From Endomicrobiales bacterium (GTDB taxonomy: Bacteria > Elusimicrobiota > Endomicrobiia > Endomicrobiales > JALOBY01), in contig CAWCNJ010000004.1 in assembly GCA_963796955.1 (NCBI GenBank), positions 1 through 64,000 on the forward strand: a stretch of DNA of 64,000 nucleotides, written 5' to 3'. Below, piece after piece: positions 1 through 9,284 of this stretch. The notes beneath the pieces were generated by a model. The model had not been told where the DNA came from, made no database searches, and saw only the letters and a list, made by a program, of their open reading frames with translations. Positions within the stretch are counted from its first letter, which is position 1, and each line of letters opens with the position of its first letter. A program made the position numbers and the translations under genes.

Positions 1-407
1 CAATAGGGGACGTTGTCAAGATGTCAAGATAATTGACATTGGGATCGGAGCTTTGATAAAATTTCATCATGCCAAGACATAGACGACTTGAAGTGCCAGG
101 TGCGGTATATCACGTAATTACGCGCGGGATCGAGCGGCGCGATATATTTATGGATAAGGCTGATCGTGAGGAATTTCTTAGACGATTAAAAGAAGGCCTT
201 GAGGATACGGGAAGCAAATGCTATGGTTGGGCACTGATGCCCAATCATTTTCATTTATTGATACAAACGGGCAAGAAACCCTTAAGTGACTTAATGAGGA
301 AGCTGCTGACAGGGTACGCAATGTACTTCAACGCGCACCATAAACGCCGGGGATATGTATACCAAAATCGTTATAAGTCTATACTCTGCCAGGCGGAAAT
401 ATATCTG
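1..407 (+). repeat. Tandem partial duplicate of 412..818 (left end plus 5' part of the RAYT gene)
   Basis: 1..407 aligns to 412..818 at offset 411. I found one difference, G308 vs A719 (synonymous CTG/CTA). The copies are separated by CAGG (408-411). Confidence 0.95.
3..32 (+). repeat. Left terminal inverted repeat, copy 1 (ATAGGGGACGTTGTCAAGATGTCAAGATAA)
   Basis: Exact reverse complement of 1465..1494 and identical to 414..443. Confidence 0.95.
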
Positions 408-443
408 CAGGCAATAGGGGACGTTGTCAAGATGTCAAGATAA
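69..443 (+). pseudogene. Truncated RAYT/Y1 transposase (N-terminal part only)
   Basis: Identical protein to 480..1481 up to ...QAEIYL, then reads into the next copy's left TIR. It lacks the catalytic YIHLNP segment. Confidence 0.85.
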
Positions 444-473
444 TTGACATTGGGATCGGAGCTTTGATAAAAT
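444..473 (+). promoter_or_regulatory. Sigma70-like promoter abutting the left TIR, probably giving a leaderless mRNA (second copy at 33..62)
   Basis: TTGACA-18 bp-TAAAAT, with the ATG 6 nt after the -10 element and no SD sequence. Confidence 0.55.
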
Positions 474-479
474 TTCATC

Positions 480-1481
480 ATGCCAAGACATAGACGACTT
501 GAAGTGCCAGGTGCGGTATATCACGTAATTACGCGCGGGATCGAGCGGCGCGATATATTTATGGATAAGGCTGATCGTGAGGAATTTCTTAGACGATTAA
601 AAGAAGGCCTTGAGGATACGGGAAGCAAATGCTATGGTTGGGCACTGATGCCCAATCATTTTCATTTATTGATACAAACGGGCAAGAAACCCTTAAGTGA
701 CTTAATGAGGAAGCTGCTAACAGGGTACGCAATGTACTTCAACGCGCACCATAAACGCCGGGGATATGTATACCAAAATCGTTATAAGTCTATACTCTGC
801 CAGGCGGAAATATATCTGTTGGAGCTGGTGAGATATATACATCTAAATCCGTTGAGGGCAAAGCTTGTGCCGAACTTTCGGGCGCTTAGAAAATACCCTT
901 GGTGCGGGCACGGTGCATTAATGGGTACCAAAAAAAACGATTGGCAAACGACGGATGATATATTGGAACGTTTTGGAGCATCTCGGAGAGAAGCAAGGTT
1001 TCAATATGAGAAGTTTCTGGAGGAAGCAAAGGATAAGGGCCGGCGTGAAGATCTGACAGGCGGGGGATTGCGAAGAAGCGCTGGCGGTTGGGCTGGAGTT
1101 ATAGCTTTGAGAAAAGAAGGTAGATGGCTGGGAGATGAAAGGGTTTTGGGCGACGGTACCTTTGTTGAAAGCGTATTAAAAGAGTCTGAAGAGGAAATAG
1201 TTCGTCATCAGAAGCTGGAAAAAGCAGGTTGGAATGGCGGTCGTTTGATCATACACGTAAGTAATATGTTGAACATCAAGCCGGAAGAGCTGAAAAAGAA
1301 GGGACATGGAAATAATATTTCAAAGGCGAAAGCTTTGGTAGCGTATTGGGGAAAGAATGATCTAAAGCTTAAAGGGACTGAGCTTGCAGTTCTGCTAGGG
1401 GTAACGAGACAGGCTGTTTCGTTACTAAAAGCCCAGGGAGAAATATACGCCACACAGAATGGCCTTATCTTGACATCTTGA
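480..1481 (+). CDS. REP-associated tyrosine transposase (Y1_Tnp, HUH) with C-terminal HTH-like extension
   Basis: MPRxxR...YHVITRG, LMPNHFHLL (HUH), QNRYKS, RYIHLNP (catalytic Tyr) and YPWCG motifs. Confidence 0.92.
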   Translation: MPRHRRLEVPGAVYHVITRGIERRDIFMDKADREEFLRRLKEGLEDTGSKCYGWALMPNHFHLLIQTGKKPLSDLMRKLLTGYAMYFNAHHKRRGYVYQNRYKSILCQAEIYLLELVRYIHLNPLRAKLVPNFRALRKYPWCGHGALMGTKKNDWQTTDDILERFGASRREARFQYEKFLEEAKDKGRREDLTGGGLRRSAGGWAGVIALRKEGRWLGDERVLGDGTFVESVLKESEEEIVRHQKLEKAGWNGGRLIIHVSNMLNIKPEELKKKGHGNNISKAKALVAYWGKNDLKLKGTELAVLLGVTRQAVSLLKAQGEIYATQNGLILTS

Positions 1482-1494
1482 CAACGTCCCCTAT
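1465..1494 (-). repeat. Right terminal inverted repeat
   Basis: TTATCTTGACATCTTGACAACGTCCCCTAT is the reverse complement of 414..443. Confidence 0.95.
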
Positions 1495-1615
1495 GCTGTT
1501 GGCTATATATTCCAACCTCCTGCGACCCTCAAAAAGCCGCTGAAGGACGGGTTGTAGAACCAATAATTGAGAACGGAATGCGGGGCGTCATAAACGCTTA
1601 ACGTGAGAGGAAATC

Positions 1616-1822
1616 ATGGAGCTATGTAAAAATTTTGCAGGGTGCGGTTTTTTTAAGAAGTATGAGAAATCATATGAGGCGGCAAGTAAGCATTTTATTG
1701 ATGTGTATTGCCGCGGTAGTAAAAAAGATGAATGTAAAAGAAAAGAGTATGCTGCTTTGCAAGGAACCCCCGCCCCGGAAAATATGATGCCTAATGGCGT
1801 CAGCCTGATCGTCAAAGAATAG
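1616..1822 (+). CDS. Small 4-Cys protein, possibly metal-binding
   Basis: SD-like GAGAGG upstream; C-x5-C-x-F...YC-x7-C-x-R...MPNG pattern. Confidence 0.6.
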   Translation: MELCKNFAGCGFFKKYEKSYEAASKHFIDVYCRGSKKDECKRKEYAALQGTPAPENMMPNGVSLIVKE

Positions 1823-1876
1823 TAAGTGGCTTGTGAATCGCTGGGGTCAGGTCTAAACTATTGACATACATAGATA

Positions 1877-2847
1877 ATGGGTAATGGGTGCAACCAAATG
1901 AATCTAAACTCACTTTTGCGGCGGTTGTTGGGCGCGAACGTCCTTTCAGAAGGGCAGTTTGCCGCGCTTTCTGATATCGCGGATGAAAAGACCATTTCAT
2001 TGAGGCCCGAGATCAATACTTTGTTGTATGCGGGTGTCCTTTGTGTCTTGTTCGGCATCAGCATGACGGTTAAGGAATATTTCTCGCATTTGGGGCATAT
2101 GGCTATTATAGCCTCGCTAACCGTGGCCTGGTTGGGATCGTTTTATTACTGCCTGCGTAAGGTGTCGCCATACCGGGCCGAGCAGGTCGTCAGCGCGAAC
2201 GTTTACGTTGATTATGTTTTGTATTTTTCCTGCGTTGTATTTTCTCTTAACGTTGGTTACATAGAAACGCATTTTCATTTGCTGGGGGACTACTGGCAGC
2301 TGTATCTGCTGGGTTCTCTGTGTGTTTGTTCTGGCTTGCGTATTGGTTTGACAACCGTTTTGTGTTGTCGTTGGCGCTGGGTACGCTGGCCGGCTATTTT
2401 GGCGTTACGTTAAACAAGCTGGGCCTGAATACGCCCGAGCAACTGAGGGTTTGCGCACTGGCTTTTGGTTTTACGGCGTTGGGTGCGGGCGGATTGGCGC
2501 AGTATGGGAAAATAAAAACGCATTTTTTTGATATATACCTGAATTTTGCCCTGAACGCCATATTTATTGCTTCGCTTACGGCCGATACGCTTTCCATTTA
2601 CAGCCTGGTTTGGGCGGGGCTGATGGCAGCATGTTTCTTTTACGCGGTCACCACGCGAAAGTTTCTGTATATCGTTTACGCCTTTTTCTATGGATATATC
2701 GGTGTAAGCAAACTTGCCTATGAACTGTTTTGCAAGCCTCTTGGCGTCTCGGTGGGGTATATGCAAATTATTCTTTCTGTGCTCACCATGGTCGCTATTT
2801 ACCGTGTAAAACAGTCGTTCGAGGAAAACCAGAATGCTTTACAGTGA
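1877..2847 (+). pseudogene. DUF2157-like multi-pass membrane protein split by a frameshift near 2315-2325
   Basis: ORFs 1877..2413 and 2320..2847 join into one hydrophobic protein. The shift lies in a TCTCTGTGTG dinucleotide run and may be a sequencing error. Confidence 0.7.
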
Positions 2848-4021
2848 AACCGACCGGGAGAAACGTTATATAAATAATCTTTCCGGGGGCTGGCTGAACT
2901 CGGGGTTGATAAATGCCGGCCAGCAGGAAGTGATAAATACGTATACAAAACTGGATCTACGGGTTTCCAACGGTTTTATGCAGGCATTATTTTTCTTTTT
3001 TACATGCGTGCTGTGCTACGCTTTGGTGTTCATAACAGATACCTTCTTTGGTATATCATCCCACACGGATAACGCGATAATAAGTTTGCTGTATAGTATT
3101 GTGTTTTACATACTAGCGGAGTACCTTGTGAGGGTTTACCGGTTGTTCAATTTTGGCATAGAGAACGCGCTTGTTTTTGTTTCCGTGATGCTGTTCAATA
3201 CCGGCATCGGGGTTGTGCTTAATTTGAACGCTGTAGATATAGAAGCCTTCACTATAATTGTTTGCTTAAGCGTTGCCGCATGTTCGGCGTGGGTGGCCTA
3301 TCGGTTCGGCGGCACGTTCTGGAGCCTGGTGTGTTTGGTGGCTGTCAGCGTAATACCATTTCAATTGTCTCTTTCGCCGATGAACGCGAGGCTGGGGCTG
3401 GGGTCCATATTGCTTCTGGCATTTGCTTACACCTATTATAAGGGGCGGCTGAGCGTCTTCACCTTTAGAAAACACGAGTGGAAAATAGTACAAGGGTGCC
3501 TGCTTACCGCGCTGTATCTTTCGCTGAATCTTCGGCTTTCGAACATGATCACAAATTTTCGGGCATATGGCCCGGCGCTGGCGCCGCACGCGGGTTTTAG
3601 CTGGGTATTTTACTGGGCAACATATTTATTTGTGTGGGCTTTGCCGGCAGCGTTGTTAGTTGTCGGTATAAAAAAGCATAAACGGTTATGTATTGATGTT
3701 GGCATAATAACCTCGGCAATAACACTGATAACCAATAAAGATTACCTTGGGTTTAAGCATTACTCCTGGGACCCGGCTGTCTTCGGCTTTTTATTGGTAG
3801 GTGTTGTTATAGTAACCATGAGGCTGGTAAAGAACTCAGGAAAAGAAAATGGGTATACGGCCGAGAATATGTTGAAGCCGGAACACCACGGCCTGGACGT
3901 TGCCGCCATCGCCATGGGTATTGCCGGCCAGGCCGTTTCCCTGCCGGGTGAAATTAATAAGCCCGACAGCTCCTTCTCCGGCGGCACTGCCGGCGACGCC
4001 GGGACGACCCGGACATACTGA
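2834..4021 (+). CDS. Multi-pass membrane protein, partner of the upstream gene
   Basis: Many TM segments, overlap with the upstream gene, Gly-rich C-terminus FSGGTAGDAG. Confidence 0.75.
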   Translation: MLYSETDREKRYINNLSGGWLNSGLINAGQQEVINTYTKLDLRVSNGFMQALFFFFTCVLCYALVFITDTFFGISSHTDNAIISLLYSIVFYILAEYLVRVYRLFNFGIENALVFVSVMLFNTGIGVVLNLNAVDIEAFTIIVCLSVAACSAWVAYRFGGTFWSLVCLVAVSVIPFQLSLSPMNARLGLGSILLLAFAYTYYKGRLSVFTFRKHEWKIVQGCLLTALYLSLNLRLSNMITNFRAYGPALAPHAGFSWVFYWATYLFVWALPAALLVVGIKKHKRLCIDVGIITSAITLITNKDYLGFKHYSWDPAVFGFLLVGVVIVTMRLVKNSGKENGYTAENMLKPEHHGLDVAAIAMGIAGQAVSLPGEINKPDSSFSGGTAGDAGTTRTY

Positions 4022-4459
4022 AAGTATGCGTGTCGTATTAACTAAAAACTTTTACAAGGATTTATTATGAAATCATCGATCTACTATTTTTCCGGAACAG
4101 GGAACTCTCTGGCGGTGGCGCGGCAGTTGGCGGGCGTGTTGGACTCCTGTGAATTGGTCCCGGTAGCGCAGACAATGGTTGATGAGCGTTTGTTAACGTG
4201 TACCAGCAAAACCGTGGGGTTGGTAGTGCCGTTGTATTACGGCGGCTTGCCGAAGATAGTGGCGGAATTTTTGGGAAAGGTAACTTTTACCGGTGTTGAG
4301 TATGTGTTTGTGGTGATAACTGCGGGGCATGACCTGGGCACCGGCATCGCTGAAGCTAACGGGATCCTTGGCAAGAAGGGCCTGCGGGTATCGTATTGGA
4401 CTTGCCCCGGTTTAGTGGACACAGAAAAGGGTATAATATGAAGACCCTGGAGGTGTCCG

Positions 4460-4798
4460 ATGCAAAAGAGAGACCGGATGCGTTACAATCGGGAGTTCAA
4501 GCTTGAAGCAGTTCGCCGGACGCAGGTAAGCGGCAAAAGTGTTGCCGAAGTAGCCCGCGAGCTTGAGTTGCCCGTACATCATCTTTACAAGTGGCGAACC
4601 GAGGTTGATAAAAAAACCACTGAAGCATTTCCCGGTGTTGGCCACAACACCCCCAACACAGAGCTAGAAGATCTTCGCCGAGAGAACAAACGCTTGCGCG
4701 AAGAGCGGGACGTTTTAAAAAAAAGCCTAATTTACTTTGCCAAGGACGCATTGAACGATTCCGGTTCATCAGGGAACACGAACGGGACTTCAGAATAG
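4460..4798 (+). CDS. IS3 OrfA (HTH)
   Basis: YNREFKLEAV...VAEVARELEL HTH and ELEDLRRENKRLREERDVLKK zipper. Confidence 0.92.
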   Translation: MQKRDRMRYNREFKLEAVRRTQVSGKSVAEVARELELPVHHLYKWRTEVDKKTTEAFPGVGHNTPNTELEDLRRENKRLREERDVLKKSLIYFAKDALNDSGSSGNTNGTSE

Positions 4799-5631
4799 CA
4801 ACAATGTGCGATGTTCTGTCGGTTTCCAGATCCGGATATTATGCATGGAAATCGCGCGGTCAAAGCAAGCATAGCCGGACAGACACCGTATTACTGAGCA
4901 AAATTCGGGGCATTTATGATAAAAACCGGAAAGTATACGGAGCTCCCCGAATTCATGAAGCGCTGAAGTCCGAAGGTTTAAAGCTGGGACGAAAGCGCGT
5001 AGCAAGACTGATGAGAAAGAACGGTATCGTTGCAGCGCCACATCGCCGTATGCGATGGAAACGAGTGTTTAAGACAGCTATAGCAGCTGACAACCTGGTG
5101 CAACAACAGTTCAATGTTCCTGAACCAAACCGGGTCTGGGTCGCAGACATGACGACGTTCTGGACAGGTTCCGGATGGGTTCATCTGGCGGTTGTGCTAG
5201 ACCTTTATTCGCGCAGGGTCGTTGGTTGGGCCATTCACGGCCAGATGACGGAGCGCCTTATAGTGAATGCCCTGGAAATGGCCATTGAGAGTCGCAGACC
5301 GACGGGGCCGTTGATTCATCACTCGGACCAGGGTAGCCAGTATAAGAGCTATGCGTTTCAGGCTAGATTAAAAGAGCATAACATTCAGATGAGCATGAGC
5401 CGCAAAGGAAATTGCTGGGACAACGCTGTTGCAGAGAGCTTCTTCAAGACATTGAAGTACGAATTACAAAACGACGCCAGATTCAATTCTCGCGAAGAAG
5501 CGAGAGCACAGTTGTTTGAGTACATCGAAATATTTTATAATCGCAAGAGAATGCACTCAACGTTGGGGTATCTTAGCCCCACACAGTTCGAGGCAAAATT
5601 ACCCGCTCTTGTGTCCACAAAAACGGGTTAA
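4723..5631 (+). CDS. IS3 OrfB (DDE integrase), fused to OrfA by -1 programmed frameshift
   Basis: A8G slippery run at 4717-4725; the -1 frame is open through to ATG 4804; WVADMT, HSDQGSQY and AESFF form the DDE triad. Confidence 0.92.
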   Translation, partial: KPNLLCQGRIERFRFIREHERDFRIATMCDVLSVSRSGYYAWKSRGQSKHSRTDTVLLSKIRGIYDKNRKVYGAPRIHEALKSEGLKLGRKRVARLMRKNGIVAAPHRRMRWKRVFKTAIAADNLVQQQFNVPEPNRVWVADMTTFWTGSGWVHLAVVLDLYSRRVVGWAIHGQMTERLIVNALEMAIESRRPTGPLIHHSDQGSQYKSYAFQARLKEHNIQMSMSRKGNCWDNAVAESFFKTLKYELQNDARFNSREEARAQLFEYIEIFYNRKRMHSTLGYLSPTQFEAKLPALVSTKTG

Positions 5632-6131
5632 GTCCATATGGCCGTTATGTAGTTATGCCGGATAATTATTTGCCTATGTTCGTGATTACGCCCGATGGCG
5701 CTGCCAAAACGCTGTCCAGGGCGCAGGCGCGTATTGATTCTATAAAAAGCGATATCGCGGCGGCACGCGCGGCTATCTCTGAAAATACTTTTTTGTTAGG
5801 GCCGATCCTTAGAATGTGGCACGCCCACTGGCTTCGCATTGCCCCGGGGCAGGATACTTTCTTTACTGTTGAAGAAAGCTGTACTTCATGCGGCCTCTGC
5901 GCGAAGGTTTGCCCGGTAACGAACATTGTAATGAAGGATGGCCGGCCGCAATGGCAGCACAAGTGCCAGCAGTGTCTTGCCTGCATCCAATTTTGCCCTG
6001 TTGAGTCCATCCAATTCGGCGCTAAAACAAAGACAAAGCCGCGTTACCATCACCCCGCTGCAACAGTTGATGATATTTGCGCGCAAAAGCTATCAACCTG
6101 ACAAAGTACATGTCCTAAAAACGGTGACCTT

Positions 6132-7202
6132 ATGCAACCTACAGATCCATCAATCACCTTTAACAGCGCGATCCGGGAATATTTTTTTACGGTATTTCGG
6201 CGGATGCTTGTTGAACCGAAGCAGGCTGTATTTCTCCTGAAAACGCTGTATCGCCAGAACCGCGCGGCGCGGTTGCGTGGTAGGTTAAAAAAGCAGGGAC
6301 TTACCGTGCCGCCCATGCTTATTATCAGCGTTACCGATCAATGTAATTTTAGCTGCGCGGGCTGCTACCGCAAGGCGCAGGGTGCTAAAAGCCAAGCCGA
6401 GCTTACGACCGCTGAACTGAACGGTGTGTTAGAGCAGGCGCAAGAAATGGGCATTTCGCTGGTGCTTTTTGCCGGAGGCGAGCCGCTGCTGCGCAAAGAC
6501 CTGTTCAGTGTCATCGGCGGTTTCCCTTCTATCATCTTTCCGGTATTTACTAACGGCTCTCTCATAGACAAGGAAAAAATCGAGTGGTTTTCCGCTCACC
6601 CCAACGTAGTACCTGTTATCAGCCTTGAAGGCGGTATGCCGGAGACCGATGCCCGCCGCGGCGAGGGTGTGTTCAATACCCTGATGGACAAATTTTCCGC
6701 CCTGCGCGCGCGCAAAGTGCTTTTTGGTGCTTCTATAACCGCTACTGCCGGGAATTTCGATTCCGTGACCAGCGACACCTTTATTGCGGCTATGACCTTG
6801 GCCGGCTGCAGGCTCTTCTTTTTTGTGGAATATGTCCCAATAGAACCGGGAACCGACGATCTTGTGCTGCGCCCCGAACAGCGCGCTAAACTGCGTGCGC
6901 TTATGACCGATCTGGACGCAAAACACAACGGCACGTTCATCTCATTCCCGGGCGATGAAGAACGTTACGGCGGCTGCCTTGCCGCGGGCAGGGGGTTTAT
7001 ACACATTAACGCCGCCGGCGGTATTGAACCGTGCCCCTTCGCGCCGTTCTCGGATATAACGCTGCGCACCGCCACCCTGCGCGAAGCCCTTTCTTCACCT
7101 CTTATGAAGACCATACGCGAAGAGCATCACCGCCTTAAAGAAACCAGCGGCGGCTGCGCCCTATGGTCCCACCGGGACTGGGTTGCTACCTTGATCAAGT
7201 AA
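6132..7202 (+). CDS. Radical SAM protein with SPASM/twitch-like C-terminus
   Basis: CNFSCAGC, GGEPLL, GCLAAGRG...EPCPF. Confidence 0.88.
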   Translation: MQPTDPSITFNSAIREYFFTVFRRMLVEPKQAVFLLKTLYRQNRAARLRGRLKKQGLTVPPMLIISVTDQCNFSCAGCYRKAQGAKSQAELTTAELNGVLEQAQEMGISLVLFAGGEPLLRKDLFSVIGGFPSIIFPVFTNGSLIDKEKIEWFSAHPNVVPVISLEGGMPETDARRGEGVFNTLMDKFSALRARKVLFGASITATAGNFDSVTSDTFIAAMTLAGCRLFFFVEYVPIEPGTDDLVLRPEQRAKLRALMTDLDAKHNGTFISFPGDEERYGGCLAAGRGFIHINAAGGIEPCPFAPFSDITLRTATLREALSSPLMKTIREEHHRLKETSGGCALWSHRDWVATLIK

Positions 7203-7375
7203 AAAACGAACGGACAAATCCCACCGGCGCCAAACTACCCCGCCCTTAATACCGCGATCCGTCAATGCAATAACGATCCCATTATAATTATTTGAATTGT
7301 ATGAATAATTGTTAAAAGCAAAAATTTCTGCTACAGTTAGTGCGTGACAGATCATATTATAGAATGGGAATTGAC

Positions 7376-9229
7376 ATGAAATTTTCTACGAAGGTTGAGA
7401 TAGTAACCGTTATTGTAGTGATTTTGTTTGGCGTAGGGGTTTCACAGTTGGTTTACTATATGATGGCCAACTCCCTGAATGATGAGATAACCAAAAAGTA
7501 CCGGTTCCAGGCTGAATCAATAGTTCGAGAAGTAGATACCATTCTGCGCACGCCCTACCAGGACGTTCAGCTTCTGGCGGCAGATAAAACGCTCGCCGCG
7601 GCCCCCCTTGATCTCCAATCAGTGTCACAATTACTGAACCAGCGAAAAGACCTTAACACACTTTACGCCTCATTATCATTTTTCAGCCTTAACCGCGTGC
7701 GGTTGTTTGACACGTCTGGGATAGATATCGGTGCACAGCACCCGCTTATAATATATTGGCAGAAATTAACCTCGGGGGAAGACCTGGTCGTTGATGTTTC
7801 GAAATCCGTATCGCTGAAAAAATATGTTCTTCATTTTGCTTCTTTGGTGAAAGACAAACGCGGCGGCCGCAGAGGGTATGTTGTGCTTAGGGTGCCGATA
7901 GAAACGGTTTACGGTTTTATCGAGAAGGCGGGCGGCGACTTGTTGTTCACGAAGAGCCTGAATATCGATGTGATAGACAATAACGGCACTATACTATATT
8001 CAAACTACAATAAAGCCGGAATGATGAAAGAGGCTATGTTGGTGAGTGAGTGGAAAACGATAAGCTCAATACAGGGGACAAGCGGAAATTATATCACCAG
8101 TGATCGCTCCGGCGAAAGAGCGCTGGTCGTATTTGCCCGCGAACAGGGTTACCTTGATTATAAAGGCAACAACTGGATCGTAAGAATAAGCATCCCCACA
8201 AAGATAGCATTCGCGCCGGCTGATAGGGTGCGCAATGCCATTTTTATCGCGCTACTGGTGTTTGGGGCCACCTATATTTTCGCGATCATATTTTTACTGG
8301 AAAAACGTTCAAAGCCTTTGAATCAATTGCAAAATGCGGTCAGGGAAATAGCCAAAGGTAATTTCAATATTCAACTGGAAGCGGTGTCCAATGATGAGGT
8401 CGGGAAGCTGATGAACGCTTTCAACCAAATGGCACGATATTTGCACGATCTTACCGCCGACCTGCGCACCACCAATACCGTGCTGCAAAAAGAGTTCGCT
8501 GAACACAAACGGGCCGATGCTGAGAAAAAGAAGTTGTGGGAAAAACTGGTGCAGTCTGAGAAATTGGCCGCTATCGGGGAGCTAAGCAGTGAAATAGCGC
8601 ACGAGATAAGGAACCCTATCAGTGTGATCTGGGGTTTTGCCCAGGGGCTGATGAGGGATAAAAATGTGACAGACGCGGATTATATTCCGATAAGAGCCAT
8701 TGAGGCTGAAAGCCTCCGCAGCAAAGAGTATCTGGACGGCCTGCTTGCATTTTCCAGAACAGGTAAAATTACAAAAGAAAAATGTGATCTGAACACCGTT
8801 ATTGACAGCGTGAGCATGATGATAGAAACTAAAGCAAAGGGCAAGTCTGTCGAGATAGTAAAAGAATTTTCAGCGGACTTGCCTTGTATACAGGCAAATC
8901 GCACTCAAATGCAGCAATTGGTAGTAAATCTGTGCAATAACGCGATAGATGCCATGCCGGGCGGCGGAATACTTAAGATAAGGACCAGTGCCGTGCTGAG
9001 TAACGGTAAGCCTCATGTGGAGATAGATTTTAAGGATACCGGCATGGGAATTCCCGAGGAGATCGCATCCAGGATATTCGAACCTTTTTATACTACCAAA
9101 GAGGAAGGCAAAGGCACAGGATTGGGGCTTGCCCTGGTAAGTGAGATCGTAAAGAAGCATGAGGGGACCATTAAATTCAAAAGCGAAGTAGGCAAGGGGA
9201 CTAAGTTTACATTACATTTTCCGGCTTAG
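7376..9229 (+). CDS. Membrane sensor histidine kinase (Cache-like, HAMP, HisKA, HATPase)
   Basis: Two TMs, HAMP DEVGKLMNAFNQM, AHEIRNP H-box, NAIDA, DTGMG and GTGLGL boxes; start uncertain (7340-7376). Confidence 0.92.
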   Translation: MKFSTKVEIVTVIVVILFGVGVSQLVYYMMANSLNDEITKKYRFQAESIVREVDTILRTPYQDVQLLAADKTLAAAPLDLQSVSQLLNQRKDLNTLYASLSFFSLNRVRLFDTSGIDIGAQHPLIIYWQKLTSGEDLVVDVSKSVSLKKYVLHFASLVKDKRGGRRGYVVLRVPIETVYGFIEKAGGDLLFTKSLNIDVIDNNGTILYSNYNKAGMMKEAMLVSEWKTISSIQGTSGNYITSDRSGERALVVFAREQGYLDYKGNNWIVRISIPTKIAFAPADRVRNAIFIALLVFGATYIFAIIFLLEKRSKPLNQLQNAVREIAKGNFNIQLEAVSNDEVGKLMNAFNQMARYLHDLTADLRTTNTVLQKEFAEHKRADAEKKKLWEKLVQSEKLAAIGELSSEIAHEIRNPISVIWGFAQGLMRDKNVTDADYIPIRAIEAESLRSKEYLDGLLAFSRTGKITKEKCDLNTVIDSVSMMIETKAKGKSVEIVKEFSADLPCIQANRTQMQQLVVNLCNNAIDAMPGGGILKIRTSAVLSNGKPHVEIDFKDTGMGIPEEIASRIFEPFYTTKEEGKGTGLGLALVSEIVKKHEGTIKFKSEVGKGTKFTLHFPA

Positions 9230-9284
9230 GCAACTAAGAACGGAAGAATGGAGGCTTGGGGGGAACCCGAGCTAAGGAGCGACA

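Larger units (their letters stand above)
414..1494 (+). mobile_element. TIR-bounded HUH/Y1 (RAYT/TIRYT-like) element
   Basis: Perfect 30-bp inverted repeats at 414..443 and 1465..1494 enclose a single transposase ORF whose stop codon lies inside the right repeat. Confidence 0.8.
4397..5636 (+). mobile_element. IS3-family insertion sequence, 1240 bp
   Basis: TG...CA ends; imperfect IRs TGGACTTGCCCCGGTTTAGTGGACACA and TGTGTCCACAAAAACGGGTTAAGTCCA; 3-bp TAT target duplication at 4394-4396 and 5637-5639. Confidence 0.97.
4067..6101 (+). pseudogene. EFR1-family flavodoxin-ferredoxin interrupted by IS3
   Basis: N-half has YFSGTGNS (flavodoxin); C-half has MPDNY plus CTSCGLCAKVCP and CQQCLACIQFCP. 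Removing 4397..5639 restores an in-frame RVSY|GRYVVMPDNY. Confidence 0.9.

Noticed and set aside
7282..7296. PerR-like box TTATAATTATTTGAA upstream of the kinase-hemerythrin genes
   Set aside because: Two mismatches in an AT-rich stretch, and no regulator evidence in the window
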